Positions 38,748-48,908 of a stretch of DNA of 64,000 nt are shown here, piece by piece. Each line of letters begins with the position of its first letter. Position 1 is the first letter of the stretch. The notes under the pieces are model-generated. The model searched no databases and was not told the DNA's origin. It worked only from the letters and a program-made list of their open reading frames with translations. This stretch comes from Treponemataceae bacterium (GTDB taxonomy: Bacteria > Spirochaetota > Spirochaetia > Treponematales > Rectinemataceae): assembly GCA_963678065.2 (NCBI GenBank), contig CAXXVZ010000003.1, positions 1,536,001 to 1,600,000 on the forward strand. The letters run 5' to 3'. The position numbers and the translations under genes are program-made.

Positions 38748-41006
38748 ATGCCCATCGAGTACCGCGAATCGGACAGAAGCTTTCACCTGCGCACCGGCAC
38801 GACGAGCTATGTGTTCAGGATTCACCCCGCCGGCTATCCGGCTCACGTGTACTGGGGCCCCGCCCTCCGCAGCATCGACTGCGCGCGTCTTCCCCTCTCC
38901 GTCGAGCGCCCCTCCTTCTCGCCCACCCCCGATCCGGGCGACAAGAGCCTCTCGCTCGACACACTTCCGCAGGAATACCCATCCTTCGGGACCTCGGATT
39001 TCCGCAATCCGGCCATCCGGGTCCGCTTCGCGGACGGATCGACGATAGCGGAGCCCGTCTACTCGGGCCACCGCATCTTCGTTGGCAAAGCTCTTCTTCC
39101 CGGCCTTCCCGCGACCTACGCGGAAGAGGGGGACGGCGTCGAAACCCTCGAACTGGAGCTCGAAGACAGTTTCCGGGGATTATCCCTCATCCTCTCTTAC
39201 TCGGTATTTCCCCGGCACGACGCAATCTCGCGGTCAGCGACCGTCCGGAACGCCGGGACAGGCGATATCGAGATACTGCAGGCTTTCAGCGCCTCGGTCG
39301 ATTTCCCCGACAGGGACTTCCGGCTCCTGCACTTGCACGGCGCCTGGGCCCGCGAGCGACAAGTCGAGCTACTTCCCATTCCCGCGGGACTCGTTTCCAT
39401 CGAGTCGAGGAGAGGAAGCTCGAGCCACCAGCATAATCCCTTCTTCGCCCTCCTCCGCCCGGAGGCGACCGAGGACTCGGGGGAGGTTTTCGCCTTCAGC
39501 CTCGTGTACTCCGGCAATTTCGCCGCCGAAGTCGAGGTCGACCAGTTCAACACGACCAGGGCAGGCATCGGCATCAATCCCTTCGGTTTTTCCTGGCGGC
39601 TCGGACGCGGAGAATCCTTCTGCACCCCCGAGGTCGTCATGCTCCGCTCGGGCGAAGGCCTTGGCGGCATGTCGCGCGGCTTCCACAGGCTCTACCGCGA
39701 ACGTCTCTGCCGGGGAAAATACCGTGACGCAGCGCGGCCCATTCTCGTCAACAACTGGGAGGCCACCTACTTCGACTTCGACGCGCCGAAGCTCGGCTCC
39801 ATCGCGGCAGAGGCGGCGAAACTCGGGATGGAACTCTTCGTTCTGGATGATGGCTGGTTCGGCCGGAGGGACTCCGACACCTCTTCCCTCGGAGACTGGA
39901 CCGTGAATACGCGCAAGCTCCCCAGTGGACTGGAAGGCCTCGCGGCGTCGATCAACGGGAAGGGCCTCGGCTTCGGCCTCTGGTTCGAGCCCGAGATGAT
40001 CTCCCCGGACAGCGAGCTGTACCGGGCCCACCCCGACTGGTGCCTCCACGTCCCCGGTTTCAGGCGGACCCAGGCGCGGAGCCAGCTCGTCCTCGACTTT
40101 TCCCGGATCGATGTGCGCGAAGCCATACTCGGCATGCTCAGCCGCGTCCTCGCCTCGGCCCCGATCTCCTATGTCAAATGGGATATGAACCGCAACATGA
40201 CCGAAGTCCGGTCGGCGGGCCTGCCCCCCGGGCGCCAGGGAGAGACGGCCCACCGCTACATGCTGGGACTCTACGAGGTCCTCGAGCGGATAACGGCTGC
40301 CTTCCCCGATATTCTCTTCGAGAGCTGTTCGGGCGGCGGCGGACGCTTCGATCCGGGCATGCTGCACTACATGCCCCAGACCTGGACGAGCGACGACTCG
40401 GACGCGGTGGAGCGCCTCATGATCCAGTACGGCACGAGCATGGTCTATCCGGCATCCGCGATGGCAGCCCACGTCTCGGCGGTGCCGAACCACCAGGTCG
40501 GCAGGGTCACCTCCCTCGCTGCGCGCGGGATTGTGGCGATGGCCGGAACCTTCGGCTACGAGCTGGACCTGACGAAACTGACCGAGGAGGAAAAAAAGAC
40601 AGTGGCCTGGCAAGTCGCCTTCTATAAAGAGAACCGCGATCTCGTCGCGCATGGCGAACTCTACCGGCTGAAAAACCCCTTCGAGGGCGAGGCGGCGGCC
40701 TGGATGTACGTGTCAAAGGACAGGAAGGAGGCCCTTGTCAGCCATGTGTGGATTCTGGGCGTGCCAAACCCGCCCCTCGCGCTTCTCCGGCTGAAGGGGC
40801 TCGACCCCGGACTGGATTACATCGTGGAAGAGATACGGGTGCCCTCAGGCGCGGGATCAGGCAGCCTGCCTCAGGCTCCGGTCCCTACCGTCCTCATGCC
40901 CTTCCCCGTCCTTCACGGCGGAGACGAACTCATGCACCGTGGCCTGGACATTCTCCCCGCCCTCAGGGATTTCCTCGCCTGTGCGTGGAAGCTGAAGGCG
41001 GTCTGA
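38748..41006 (+). CDS. Alpha-galactosidase (GH36)
   Basis: NNWEATYF, LDDGWFG, FGLWFEPEM, YVKWDMNR, CSGGGGRFD. Confidence 0.95.
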   Translation: MPIEYRESDRSFHLRTGTTSYVFRIHPAGYPAHVYWGPALRSIDCARLPLSVERPSFSPTPDPGDKSLSLDTLPQEYPSFGTSDFRNPAIRVRFADGSTIAEPVYSGHRIFVGKALLPGLPATYAEEGDGVETLELELEDSFRGLSLILSYSVFPRHDAISRSATVRNAGTGDIEILQAFSASVDFPDRDFRLLHLHGAWARERQVELLPIPAGLVSIESRRGSSSHQHNPFFALLRPEATEDSGEVFAFSLVYSGNFAAEVEVDQFNTTRAGIGINPFGFSWRLGRGESFCTPEVVMLRSGEGLGGMSRGFHRLYRERLCRGKYRDAARPILVNNWEATYFDFDAPKLGSIAAEAAKLGMELFVLDDGWFGRRDSDTSSLGDWTVNTRKLPSGLEGLAASINGKGLGFGLWFEPEMISPDSELYRAHPDWCLHVPGFRRTQARSQLVLDFSRIDVREAILGMLSRVLASAPISYVKWDMNRNMTEVRSAGLPPGRQGETAHRYMLGLYEVLERITAAFPDILFESCSGGGGRFDPGMLHYMPQTWTSDDSDAVERLMIQYGTSMVYPASAMAAHVSAVPNHQVGRVTSLAARGIVAMAGTFGYELDLTKLTEEEKKTVAWQVAFYKENRDLVAHGELYRLKNPFEGEAAAWMYVSKDRKEALVSHVWILGVPNPPLALLRLKGLDPGLDYIVEEIRVPSGAGSGSLPQAPVPTVLMPFPVLHGGDELMHRGLDILPALRDFLACAWKLKAV

Positions 41007-41081
41007 GCCCGGCTTCGTGGATGGAGCGGCGCGGTTCCGGCTTTCGGGATCGTGGCCCCTTTGGTCCTCCGCAGGCCGGTT

Positions 41082-41375
41082 TCAGACCGGTTTCACCAGC
41101 CTGAACATCGCCCTCGTGCGGGGCTCCGCCATCATGGGCTCGGCGATCTCTTTCCATCTCAGGTAATGCGCCGTCGCCTTGTGCCGCGCCGGGGCCTCCG
41201 CGTCGAGATATCCCTCGATGAGGACGAAGCGCGTCCTGTCGTCGGGGTCCTGGAGAAGTTCGAAACGCCCTATCCCCGGCTCCTTGACGCTCTCCCTGAC
41301 GTTCTCGAGGGTAGCTGTCCGGAACCCGTCGACCATCTCCGGTTTGACTTTTATCGATACCATGAGGATATCCAT
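41082..41375 (-). CDS. ABM-superfamily protein (LsrG-like)
   Basis: KEPG..RFELLQ...HKATAHYLRW. Confidence 0.8.
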   Translation of the reverse strand: MDILMVSIKVKPEMVDGFRTATLENVRESVKEPGIGRFELLQDPDDRTRFVLIEGYLDAEAPARHKATAHYLRWKEIAEPMMAEPRTRAMFRLVKPV

Positions 41376-41423
41376 GCTTCAGTCTCCCTTCAGTTCACCA
41401 TATGCGTATTCCGACACAGAGCC

Positions 41424-41446
41424 GCGGGGTATGAAACCTGCGAATC
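41424..41446. repeat. Short REP-like extragenic element, copy 2
   Basis: GCGGGGTATGAAACCTGCGAATC, matching 4479-4505. Confidence 0.5.
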
Positions 41447-41957
41447 ACAGATTGACGATTCCGGAGGACATGGACTTGCGCCAATCCTTCTTCTCGCCCT
41501 CCTTTTCCCACTGAATGCGCCGTTTTACGACAAAGGAAGCTTCGTTCTTGTCCTTGAACTCGACGACACCGAATGCTCCTCCGCCGAGATAGACAATTTT
41601 TTCGTTCGGCGCGAGGGTTTCAGCCGCGCTCACCCTGTCCAGGATGCAGTCAAAATGGGCGGGAAGGCCCTCGGAAGGCTCGGCCACCGCGTTGGACATG
41701 TCGTAGATAGGCTTCTGGCAGATGGGGCAGAGCGGAGAATCCTTCTTCGGTTCCTGGACCTGAGCCTCGCTTCCCTTCGGAGCCGTGACTGCCTTGCCGC
41801 CGGGAAGCTGCATCTGTCCGGGAGTTCCTCCCTCGCGCGGCGCCCCGTCCCGTCTGGGACCCCGGAACCGCTTGTGTCTGTTCCCTTTTGGCTTTCCTTC
41901 TCCGGAACCCTGCCCTTCGGGGCGCGGGGCCTTATCCTCTCGTCTTTCTTCCGCCAT
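41445..41957 (-). CDS. Conserved spirochaete-type hypothetical protein with CxxC...HxxC
   Basis: CPICQKPI...PAHFDCI...EKIVYLGGGAFGVV; disordered basic N-terminus. Confidence 0.72.
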   Translation of the reverse strand: MAEERREDKAPRPEGQGSGEGKPKGNRHKRFRGPRRDGAPREGGTPGQMQLPGGKAVTAPKGSEAQVQEPKKDSPLCPICQKPIYDMSNAVAEPSEGLPAHFDCILDRVSAAETLAPNEKIVYLGGGAFGVVEFKDKNEASFVVKRRIQWEKEGEKKDWRKSMSSGIVNL

Positions 41958-42215
41958 CGGAGCTTCCTTTGACAAGTCTCGAACTCACGAGCGATGCGAT
42001 GCTCGATACCGCGCCCTCGATGTATTCGTGATCGTAGAGTTTTACCTTGACGTCCATGATTCTCTCCTCGTCATAGCACTGGGCTTGCCAGATCGGGTCG
42101 AAATGCCGCCCGTCGGAGCCAGCCCAATCCCGCTCGGAAAAACTGCCGCTTTCCGGAGAAACATCCGCAAGGAAACCAAGTATACCACGATCCGGTCTTT
42201 CAGGTCGCCGTCCTT

Positions 42216-42584
42216 TCATACTACTCCCGCAAATGCCGATTCGTACCGCCCTGCCATGAGTTCTCCCCTCATGAGAAAGACATCGTAGCGGATACAGGCC
42301 TCATTATATTGTCGATGCAGACAGAGGAATATTTTAGACGTTTCGACGATGCGGCGGCGTTTCTCTCTGCCGATGGCGAGATAAAGGTCCGTAGCACCGA
42401 AAAAGTACCAGGTTTTCACCTCGACAAAGGCAAGCGCGGGTTTCCGGAAAACCACTATGTCGATTTCGCCTGGGCCCGCCCTGAAATTGCGCGCCACGAT
42501 GCGGTACCCTTCGTCCGCGAGCAGAGAAGCCACGGCATCTTCTCCCTTTTTCCCTTTGCCTTTCCTGCCGCCGTCGCGGAGCAG
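42216..42584 (-). CDS. yraN: YraN-family protein (start uncertain)
   Basis: GEDAVA, RNFR, GEIDIV, FVEVK, RYDV. Confidence 0.8.
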   Translation of the reverse strand: MLRDGGRKGKGKKGEDAVASLLADEGYRIVARNFRAGPGEIDIVVFRKPALAFVEVKTWYFFGATDLYLAIGREKRRRIVETSKIFLCLHRQYNEACIRYDVFLMRGELMAGRYESAFAGVV

Positions 42585-42698
42585 AAACTCCTCAACGCTT
42601 TTCAGAAAATTCCTCCTTGCCCACGAAGGGTATTCGCGCAAAAACCCTCTTCGCGCTTCAGTTTCGTGGAGGAAATTCAGAAGTATTTGCAAAAAACC

Positions 42699-42734
42699 GC
42701 GATGGCGATGGCGATGGCGATGGCGATGGCGATG
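42699..42734. repeat. Hexanucleotide tandem repeat (GCGATG)6
   Basis: Six perfect copies between the rplS terminator and yraN. Confidence 0.92.
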
Positions 42735-42764
42735 AGGCAAAACTGCGACACAGGGCCGGGATAC

Positions 42765-42791
42765 AAAACAGCCCGCTCGGAGAGCGGGCTG
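42765..42791 (-). terminator. Rho-independent terminator after rplS
   Basis: CAGCCCGCTC-TCC-GAGCGGGCTG followed by TTTT on the minus strand. Confidence 0.78.
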
Positions 42792-42842
42792 AATGTGCTG
42801 CGGCAAAGGGCATTCGGGTGAAAAACCCGGACGGCCTCGCTG

Positions 42843-43202
42843 CTATTGGTCTTTCTTGGTGGTGATGAGTTCCTTGACTTTGGACTTCTTTCCCACCTTG
42901 GTGCGGATGTAGTAGAGCTTGGCCCTGCGGACCTTGCCGGCGCGGATGACCTCGACCTTCTCGACGCGGGGTGAGTTCATCGGGAACACACGCTCGACGC
43001 CGACGCCGTAGGAAGTCTTGCGCACAGTGAAGGTGCGGCCGACGCTGACGTTCTTCTTGGCGATGACGAGGCCTTCGTATATCTGGACGCGCTCGGTCTT
43101 GCCTTCGACGATCTTGAAGTGCACCCGTACGGTGTCGCCGACATTGAATGGTTCAGCGTTCTCTTTGAGCTGTTCCGCCTGGATTTGCTGTATCAGGTTC
43201 AT
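42843..43202 (-). CDS. rplS: 50S ribosomal protein L19
   Basis: [26 protein letters not shown]. Confidence 0.97.
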   Translation of the reverse strand: MNLIQQIQAEQLKENAEPFNVGDTVRVHFKIVEGKTERVQIYEGLVIAKKNVSVGRTFTVRKTSYGVGVERVFPMNSPRVEKVEVIRAGKVRRAKLYYIRTKVGKKSKVKELITTKKDQ

Positions 43203-43983
43203 GACTTCCCCCTTCGGTCGTTATTTCGCGCAACATGTTCCGCACCTCTTCGGGAAGGTCGGCAGTCGCGAGCAGCTCGGGGCGGTAGGCGAGAGTCTTT
43301 TCCAGACTCTTCCTGAGCCTCCACCGGGCGATTTGTGCGTGGTTTCCCGAAGTCAGGACTTCAGGGACTTTTATACTATCATAAATTGCGGGTCGTGTAT
43401 ACTGGGGATACTCGAGAAGACCCGAACCGAGATTCGTTCCCGGGTCGGAATTGCCCTTCGGCCCGGAAGCTGGCCCTGAGCCGAAGCTCTCCTCGGAGAG
43501 GGATTCGCCCGAAATGACTCCCGGAATGAGGCGGTAGACCGCGTCGACGAGGACGAGGGCAGCGATCTCGCCGGAGGACAGGACATAGTCCCCGATCGAC
43601 ACCTCATCGGTCACGAAGGAATCGACGATCCGTTGGTCTACTCCTTCGTACCGTCCGCAGATGAGGACGAGTTCCGGCTCGCGGGCCAGGTCGCGCGCCA
43701 GAGCCTGGTTTAAGAGTCTGCCGGAAGGTGTGAGAAAGACCGTCCGCGCAACGGGCGAGCCCGCGGCGGCCAGGGCCCCGCCGAGCGGCTCGGGCTTCAT
43801 CAGCATGCCCGCCCCGCCCCCGAAGACCTCGTCGTCGCACTTGCGGTGCTTGTCCAGAGCATAATCCCTGATGTTGACGAGCTCGTAGCTCACAAGTCCG
43901 GACTTGACGGCCCTCGCCATGATCGAGCTTTCGAAGAAGCCCCTGAGAATCTCGGGGAAGAGCGAGAGGACGGTGATTTTCAT
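43153..43983 (-). CDS. trmD: tRNA (guanine-N1)-methyltransferase
   Basis: [39 protein letters not shown]. Confidence 0.95.
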   Translation of the reverse strand: MKITVLSLFPEILRGFFESSIMARAVKSGLVSYELVNIRDYALDKHRKCDDEVFGGGAGMLMKPEPLGGALAAAGSPVARTVFLTPSGRLLNQALARDLAREPELVLICGRYEGVDQRIVDSFVTDEVSIGDYVLSSGEIAALVLVDAVYRLIPGVISGESLSEESFGSGPASGPKGNSDPGTNLGSGLLEYPQYTRPAIYDSIKVPEVLTSGNHAQIARWRLRKSLEKTLAYRPELLATADLPEEVRNMLREITTEGGSHEPDTANPGGTAQRER

Positions 43984-44726
43984 TCTTCGAGCACCCAGGG
44001 CGCGAGCAGTTCTGCCGTCCCCGCTTCCAGATCCACCGTCCCGACGAACTCCTTGCGGAAGGGAACGAGGACCACCCGCCCGCCCGGCATCGACGCTTCG
44101 AGGCAAGGGTCGGCGGCTCCGTCGAAGACTCCCGCGACAGTGGCGACGGTCTTTCCGGAAGCCACAAGCTTCAGACCGACGAGGTCCCTGACATACCACT
44201 CGCCCTGACGGAGGGGCGCCCCTTTTTCCACCGGCACGACGATATCCATTCCGGCGAGGGATCGCACGGCCTCGGGGCTGTCGTAGCCCTCGAAGTAGAG
44301 AACGAGATTACCCGCACCCGCCTCGATGTCGGCGATCTTCACCTTCATGTGCCGTGCGGGATTGCCTGTCGACCCGCTCAGGTCTGCAGAAGAGGTTCTA
44401 GCCTTTGGCAGACCGGATTTTATCGTCCCGCCCTTCGCCCCGTTGCCGGAGCTCGCCCCGTTGCCGGAGCTCGCCCCGTTACCGGGGCGGCCGAATACCA
44501 CGACTCCATCCGCTCCGGTGATGGAAGCGAGGGCAAAACCAGGCCTGAACCGGGGACTGTCGCCGCCTGAGCTCTCATCGCCGGGGACGAGTTCCACCTC
44601 GTCGAGATCGAGGAAGTGTTCGTACTCTCCGGAGTAGCTCGTGACTTTCACGCCGCCCGAGACGCCCTTGGCGCCTCCGATCCGGCCTATCGCGACGGTT
44701 TCAACGCTTTTTTTTGCCTGCGGCAT
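43980..44726 (-). CDS. rimM: Ribosome maturation factor RimM with a large internal insertion
   Basis: IGRIGGAKGVSG N-terminus; EWYVRDLVG and LVPFRKEFV PRC domain; position in the operon. Confidence 0.85.
   Translation of the reverse strand: MPQAKKSVETVAIGRIGGAKGVSGGVKVTSYSGEYEHFLDLDEVELVPGDESSGGDSPRFRPGFALASITGADGVVVFGRPGNGASSGNGASSGNGAKGGTIKSGLPKARTSSADLSGSTGNPARHMKVKIADIEAGAGNLVLYFEGYDSPEAVRSLAGMDIVVPVEKGAPLRQGEWYVRDLVGLKLVASGKTVATVAGVFDGAADPCLEASMPGGRVVLVPFRKEFVGTVDLEAGTAELLAPWVLEE
44435..44488. repeat. 18-bp tandem repeat x3 inside rimM
   Basis: TCGCCCCGTTGCCGGAGC twice, plus one copy with 2 mismatches; encodes GNGASS repeats. Confidence 0.9.
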
Positions 44727-44825
44727 GTCTGTTCCGATCCGGGGAAGCTGCCTTCGGCCAGCCGCCTTTAAAAGATTTGGACCGGCTTTCCGCGGAAAAC
44801 CGGTCCGTCATTCGTGCGGGTGACT

Positions 44826-45059
44826 TCAGTCGAGAATCTCGAGAATGACCCGTTTGGTTGCGGCTCCGGAAGTTGCCGACAGGATCGTCCTGATGGCCTT
44901 GGCGATGCGGCCGTGTTTGCCTATCACCTTGCCGACGTCGTCGGTTCCGACACGGAGTTCGAGGATTGTGGACTTCTCCCCTTCGATCACGTTTATGTTG
45001 ACCGCGGAGGGGTCGTCGACGAGGGATTTGACGATGTATTCGACGAGATCGCGTTCCAC
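44826..45059 (-). CDS. khpA: KH-domain RNA-binding protein
   Basis: DVGKVIGKHGRIAKAIR. Confidence 0.92.
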   Translation of the reverse strand: MERDLVEYIVKSLVDDPSAVNINVIEGEKSTILELRVGTDDVGKVIGKHGRIAKAIRTILSATSGAATKRVILEILD

Positions 45060-45120
45060 GATTGTCTCCTATGCGATGCCTTGACGTCAGGATGAGCCTG
45101 GCGTCCGTTGCGGCACGGCC

Positions 45121-45372
45121 TTATTTTACGTGGATGTTTTTCTTGTTGAGGAGGCCGCGGACAGTATCCGAGGGCTGTGCGCCCTTGGCGAGCCACTCTT
45201 TGGCCTTGGCTTCGTCGATGACGATCTGCTTTTCCTCGGTCTCGATCGGATGGTAGAGTCCGATTTCATCGATAGTGATGCTGTCGCGCGGGGCGCGGGC
45301 ATCCATGATCACGATCCTGTAATAGGGGCGGGCTTTGGCGCCGAATTTCTTGAGCCGGATTTTTACGCTCAC
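45121..45372 (-). CDS. rpsP: 30S ribosomal protein S16
   Basis: VKIRLK..GAK.RPYYRIV, GAQPSDTV; GTG start after AGGAGG. Confidence 0.96.
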   Translation of the reverse strand: MSVKIRLKKFGAKARPYYRIVIMDARAPRDSITIDEIGLYHPIETEEKQIVIDEAKAKEWLAKGAQPSDTVRGLLNKKNIHVK

Positions 45373-45602
45373 GGTATCCTCCTGGGACGGTTCGGGACGT
45401 GGACCCCTCTTGGAATGTCGCATCCCCGGGACAGGGGTCCGAATCGGGGAAAGTCGTCCCAAATATATATACGAATTGCATGTCTTGGTCAATCGTCCAT
45501 CCGGACGCCGCGCGGGTCGACGATCCCGGCCTCCAGCCGGTCGGGCGGCGCGGGCAGTCCTTGAACAGCGGACTTCCCGGCCAATATAGTGCAGCGTGAT
45601 GA

Positions 45603-46673
45603 ATGCACATCTTCAGGGAGGATGGATACATGGACGCTGCTGCTGACGCCGGACCGGGCGGAGGCGACTCTTCCATCCCCTTCACGCCGAATAAGGATTC
45701 GGACCTCCTTCTCCTTGCCCCCATGGTCGGACTTTCCCACAGGCCGCTCAGGACTCTCGCGTTCGGCTTCGGCGGCCTCGACTTCGCCTTCACCGAGATG
45801 GCGAGCGCAGGCGGCTACGTCTCGGGTGCCCCCTTCGAGGAGTATTGGCTCGACACCATGCCCCGCCCGGCTGCCACGGGAATCCAGTTCTACACCATCA
45901 AGCCGGAGCACCTGGAGGCGGCATGCCGGCGGGTATCCGCTCTACCCGGAGCGCTTCTGCCGCGCGCCATCGACATCAACTTTGCCTGCTCGGCTCCCCA
46001 CATAAAGAGGGCCGGGGGAGGTTCCGACTGGATGACGAGGCCGGAGGAGGCCTACAATCTCGTCCGACTCGCGCGCGCATCCTGGCCGGGCCTTCTCACC
46101 GCCAAGATCCGATCCGGGCAAGATGACGACTACGGGCGGCTCTCGGAATTCTGCAGCGGCCTCGCCGGGGCCGGCCTCGACCTCCTCAGCATCCACCCCC
46201 GCCTGGACAGCCAGAAATTCAGGCGCAAGGCGCGAACCGACCACATCGCCCGCCTCGCAGCCGAACTTTCCATTCCCGTCGTGGGCAACGGCGATGTCCG
46301 AACTGTGGCCGACTGGAAGGCCATGAAAGATGCCTGCGGGCCCGCGGGAGTGATGATCGGGCGCGAAGCCGTCAGACGTCCCTGGATCTTCGCCCTCATC
46401 CGGGGGGCAGCGCGCGAGCCCGGCTTCACCCTCGAGATCGACCGCTTCGAGGTGGCCGAACGCCTATTGGACCTTGTTGCCGCAGAACTCCCGCCCGAAT
46501 GGCACGTGAAGGCGGCGCGTGCTTTTTTCCATTATTACAGCGACAATTTCAGCTTTGCCCACCACCTCAAGTGGAAACTCGTGAACGCTCCGGACATAGC
46601 CTCCATGCGCTCGCTGCTGGCCGTATATTTCGGCGAAGTCCCGCAGGATCGCATAAGCGTCGAGAGGGGCTGA
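45603..46673 (+). CDS. tRNA-dihydrouridine synthase family protein
   Basis: LAPMVG, DINFAC, HPR, GNGDV, GVMIGR; start may be 45630. Confidence 0.88.
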   Translation: MHIFREDGYMDAAADAGPGGGDSSIPFTPNKDSDLLLLAPMVGLSHRPLRTLAFGFGGLDFAFTEMASAGGYVSGAPFEEYWLDTMPRPAATGIQFYTIKPEHLEAACRRVSALPGALLPRAIDINFACSAPHIKRAGGGSDWMTRPEEAYNLVRLARASWPGLLTAKIRSGQDDDYGRLSEFCSGLAGAGLDLLSIHPRLDSQKFRRKARTDHIARLAAELSIPVVGNGDVRTVADWKAMKDACGPAGVMIGREAVRRPWIFALIRGAAREPGFTLEIDRFEVAERLLDLVAAELPPEWHVKAARAFFHYYSDNFSFAHHLKWKLVNAPDIASMRSLLAVYFGEVPQDRISVERG

Positions 46674-46774
46674 AGGGCGGCAGTCTGATATCGGAATTCA
46701 GCCATTCACCGAACCCGGACGATCGGAGCGCGGCCATTATCCGGCCGCATTATTTGGCCGGCAGGCTCCTCTCT

Positions 46775-47407
46775 TCACAGGCTCAGTATTCGCTCCGACA
46801 GAAGATGCCCGGTTATCTCGTACATGTTGGAGACTCTGCCCGCCGCGAGCGCGTCTTTCAGGCTGAGAAGTTCGAGGCAGGTTCCGCAGACGAGGATCTC
46901 GACGCCGGCTTCCTCCAGGCGAGTCAGATTTCCGAGGGACTCCGAGCCCTCGACTGCCAGGCGCACGCCGTGGTTCATGAGGATTATCCTCGCGGGCGGC
47001 AGGTCATTCTCGGCGAGGGCGTAGATGAAGCCTCGCATGAGGAGGGCTCCCAGGGCATCGTCTCCGCGCCCGATTCTGTCGCAGGAAATGAAAACCGTGG
47101 CCCCAGCGACTGCGGCCGCGTCGACGGAACCTGGCGCCGCGACATGAACGTCCACGCCGCTTTCGGACCGCGCTTCCGATGCCCTCGCGTCGATGAGGAT
47201 GGCGATCGAGGGCGGCTCTCCGCTCACGCTGACGAGGGCGAACCCTGAATATTCCGCGAAACGGACCACATTTTCCCGGGCTGCCTCGTTGTCCACGAGG
47301 ACTTCGAGGAAGTCGAAGCCCCCTTCTTCCACGGCTTTTTTCGTGAGGACGACGGGTCGGGGACAGGCGAGACCGCGCGCATCGATACTCTTACGAGATT
47401 CGCTCAT
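46775..47407 (-). CDS. yedF: Sulfurtransferase-like selenium metabolism protein YedF
   Basis: TusA-like DARGLACPRPV; DsrE-like CGTC; SNMYEI. Confidence 0.88.
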   Translation of the reverse strand: MSESRKSIDARGLACPRPVVLTKKAVEEGGFDFLEVLVDNEAARENVVRFAEYSGFALVSVSGEPPSIAILIDARASEARSESGVDVHVAAPGSVDAAAVAGATVFISCDRIGRGDDALGALLMRGFIYALAENDLPPARIILMNHGVRLAVEGSESLGNLTRLEEAGVEILVCGTCLELLSLKDALAAGRVSNMYEITGHLLSERILSL

Positions 47408-47747
47408 ACCTTTTCTCCTTTCTGCGGAGGCCGGGCCCTTTAGTCTCGATGACGAGCCACAGACTCTCCCTGGTCAGTTCCGTCGCGGACTCGAGGACCT
47501 CCCGGAATGTCCGGACACCCGCGATAGCCTTTGCGCCGATCCCCGCATCCCTGCCGGCTCCCGGGTCAGGCCCCGCGACCCCGCCCGCCCCGGACACCAG
47601 GAGGCAGAAGCCGCAGGCGCTGGATATTTCGCGCGGCACGGGTATGAGTTCGACACGGAGGCCGAGAGCCTTCACGTTCCGCTCCGCGCGGATGGCCGCG
47701 TGGCTCGCGGCGTAGGTGACGATGAACGAGGCGCCTTCAGGGCACAA
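47391..47747 (-). CDS. DUF3343 putative S/Se carrier protein
   Basis: SHAAIRAE...IPVPREISSACG. Confidence 0.75.
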   Translation of the reverse strand: MCPEGASFIVTYAASHAAIRAERNVKALGLRVELIPVPREISSACGFCLLVSGAGGVAGPDPGAGRDAGIGAKAIAGVRTFREVLESATELTRESLWLVIETKGPGLRRKEKRYERIS

Positions 47748-48858
47748 TCCTCACCTCCCCCGGAGAGCCTCCGCTCTCGCCGACTACCGCCGCGGTTATC
47801 CCGGCGGCGTGGAGTTCCGCGAGTGCGTCGCCGGCGGCAGACTCTGGCAGCGCAGCCAAGAGGCCGCCGGAGGTCTGGGGATCGAAAAGAACATCGAGAG
47901 TCGCGGGCGGAAGAGTCTCCCATCCCCGCAAGGCACGCAGCCTGCCTTCCTTGTTCCGCCACGCGCCTTCGGGGACGAGGCCCATCGCGGCGTAGTCTGC
48001 CGCGCCGGAGAGGAGCGGAACTTCGGAGACGAAAAGCCTGAGGCCGCAGTCCGGACCCGCAGCCATCTCGGCCGCGTGGCCGGCCAGCCCGAAGCCGGTG
48101 ACATCGGTGCACGCGGCGACCCGATACGCCGCCAGTATTTCCGCGGCGCGCTTGTTCAGCCGCGCCATCGAGGCTTCGGCCGCATCGGTGACATCTTTCG
48201 GGGCCAAGCCTGCGCGTACCGCCATATTGACGAGGCCCGTCCCGATCGGCTTGGTGAGGATGAGGGCCAGACCCGGCTTGAGCGTGTTGTTCCGCCAGGC
48301 CAGCTCCGGCCGCACGACGCCTGTGACCGCGTAGCCGAGCTTCGGCTCGCTGTCTTCTATGCTGTGGCCACCCAGAAGAGCGCATCCGGCCTCGATGAGG
48401 GCATCGAGGCCGCCTTCCATCATGCGCCTGAGCGCGGCGAGTCCCAGGGTCTTGACCGGAAAACACACGAGGGCGAGCGCGGTGAGAGGGCGTCCACCCA
48501 TTGCGTAGACGTCGGAGAGAGCATTGGCCGCGGCGATGCGCCCGAAGAGGAAGGCATCGTCGACGATGGGAGGAAAGAAGTCCACCGTCTGCACGAGGGC
48601 GAGATCGGCGCCCATCCGGAACAGCCCGGCATCCTCGCAGCCGCCGAAGTCGGCGATAAGGTCGGGATAGGCGGGTTGGGTGAGGCCGCAGAGAGCTTTT
48701 TCGAGCGTCCCCGGCCCCAGCTTGGCGCCGCAGCCAGAAAAACGCGTGTACGCGGTGAGCGCGGGTCCCAAGGGTTCCGCGTGCACGTCACATCCGCCGG
48801 CAGTCTTCGTCCCGGCGGATGTGGCGAGCCCGGAGGTCGAGTCTGGCTTTATGTCCAT
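47737..48858 (-). CDS. selD: Selenide, water dikinase (Cys form)
   Basis: SGCGAK, QTVDFFPP, ANALSDVYAMGG, TDVTGFGL, DPQTSGGLL. Confidence 0.95.
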   Translation of the reverse strand: MDIKPDSTSGLATSAGTKTAGGCDVHAEPLGPALTAYTRFSGCGAKLGPGTLEKALCGLTQPAYPDLIADFGGCEDAGLFRMGADLALVQTVDFFPPIVDDAFLFGRIAAANALSDVYAMGGRPLTALALVCFPVKTLGLAALRRMMEGGLDALIEAGCALLGGHSIEDSEPKLGYAVTGVVRPELAWRNNTLKPGLALILTKPIGTGLVNMAVRAGLAPKDVTDAAEASMARLNKRAAEILAAYRVAACTDVTGFGLAGHAAEMAAGPDCGLRLFVSEVPLLSGAADYAAMGLVPEGAWRNKEGRLRALRGWETLPPATLDVLFDPQTSGGLLAALPESAAGDALAELHAAGITAAVVGESGGSPGEVRIVP

Positions 48859-48908
48859 CGCCTGTCTCCTCTTGAGGCGCCATCCGGCGCCTTATCAAGT
48901 TGCGGGGC

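Noticed and set aside
41932..42219. 95-aa ORF between yraN and the conserved hypothetical gene
   Set aside because: No recognisable motif and it overlaps the downstream gene; not enough support to call a CDS
42216..42806. His-Arg repeat N-terminal extension of YraN
   Set aside because: It arises from the (GCGATG)6 repeat and crosses the rplS terminator
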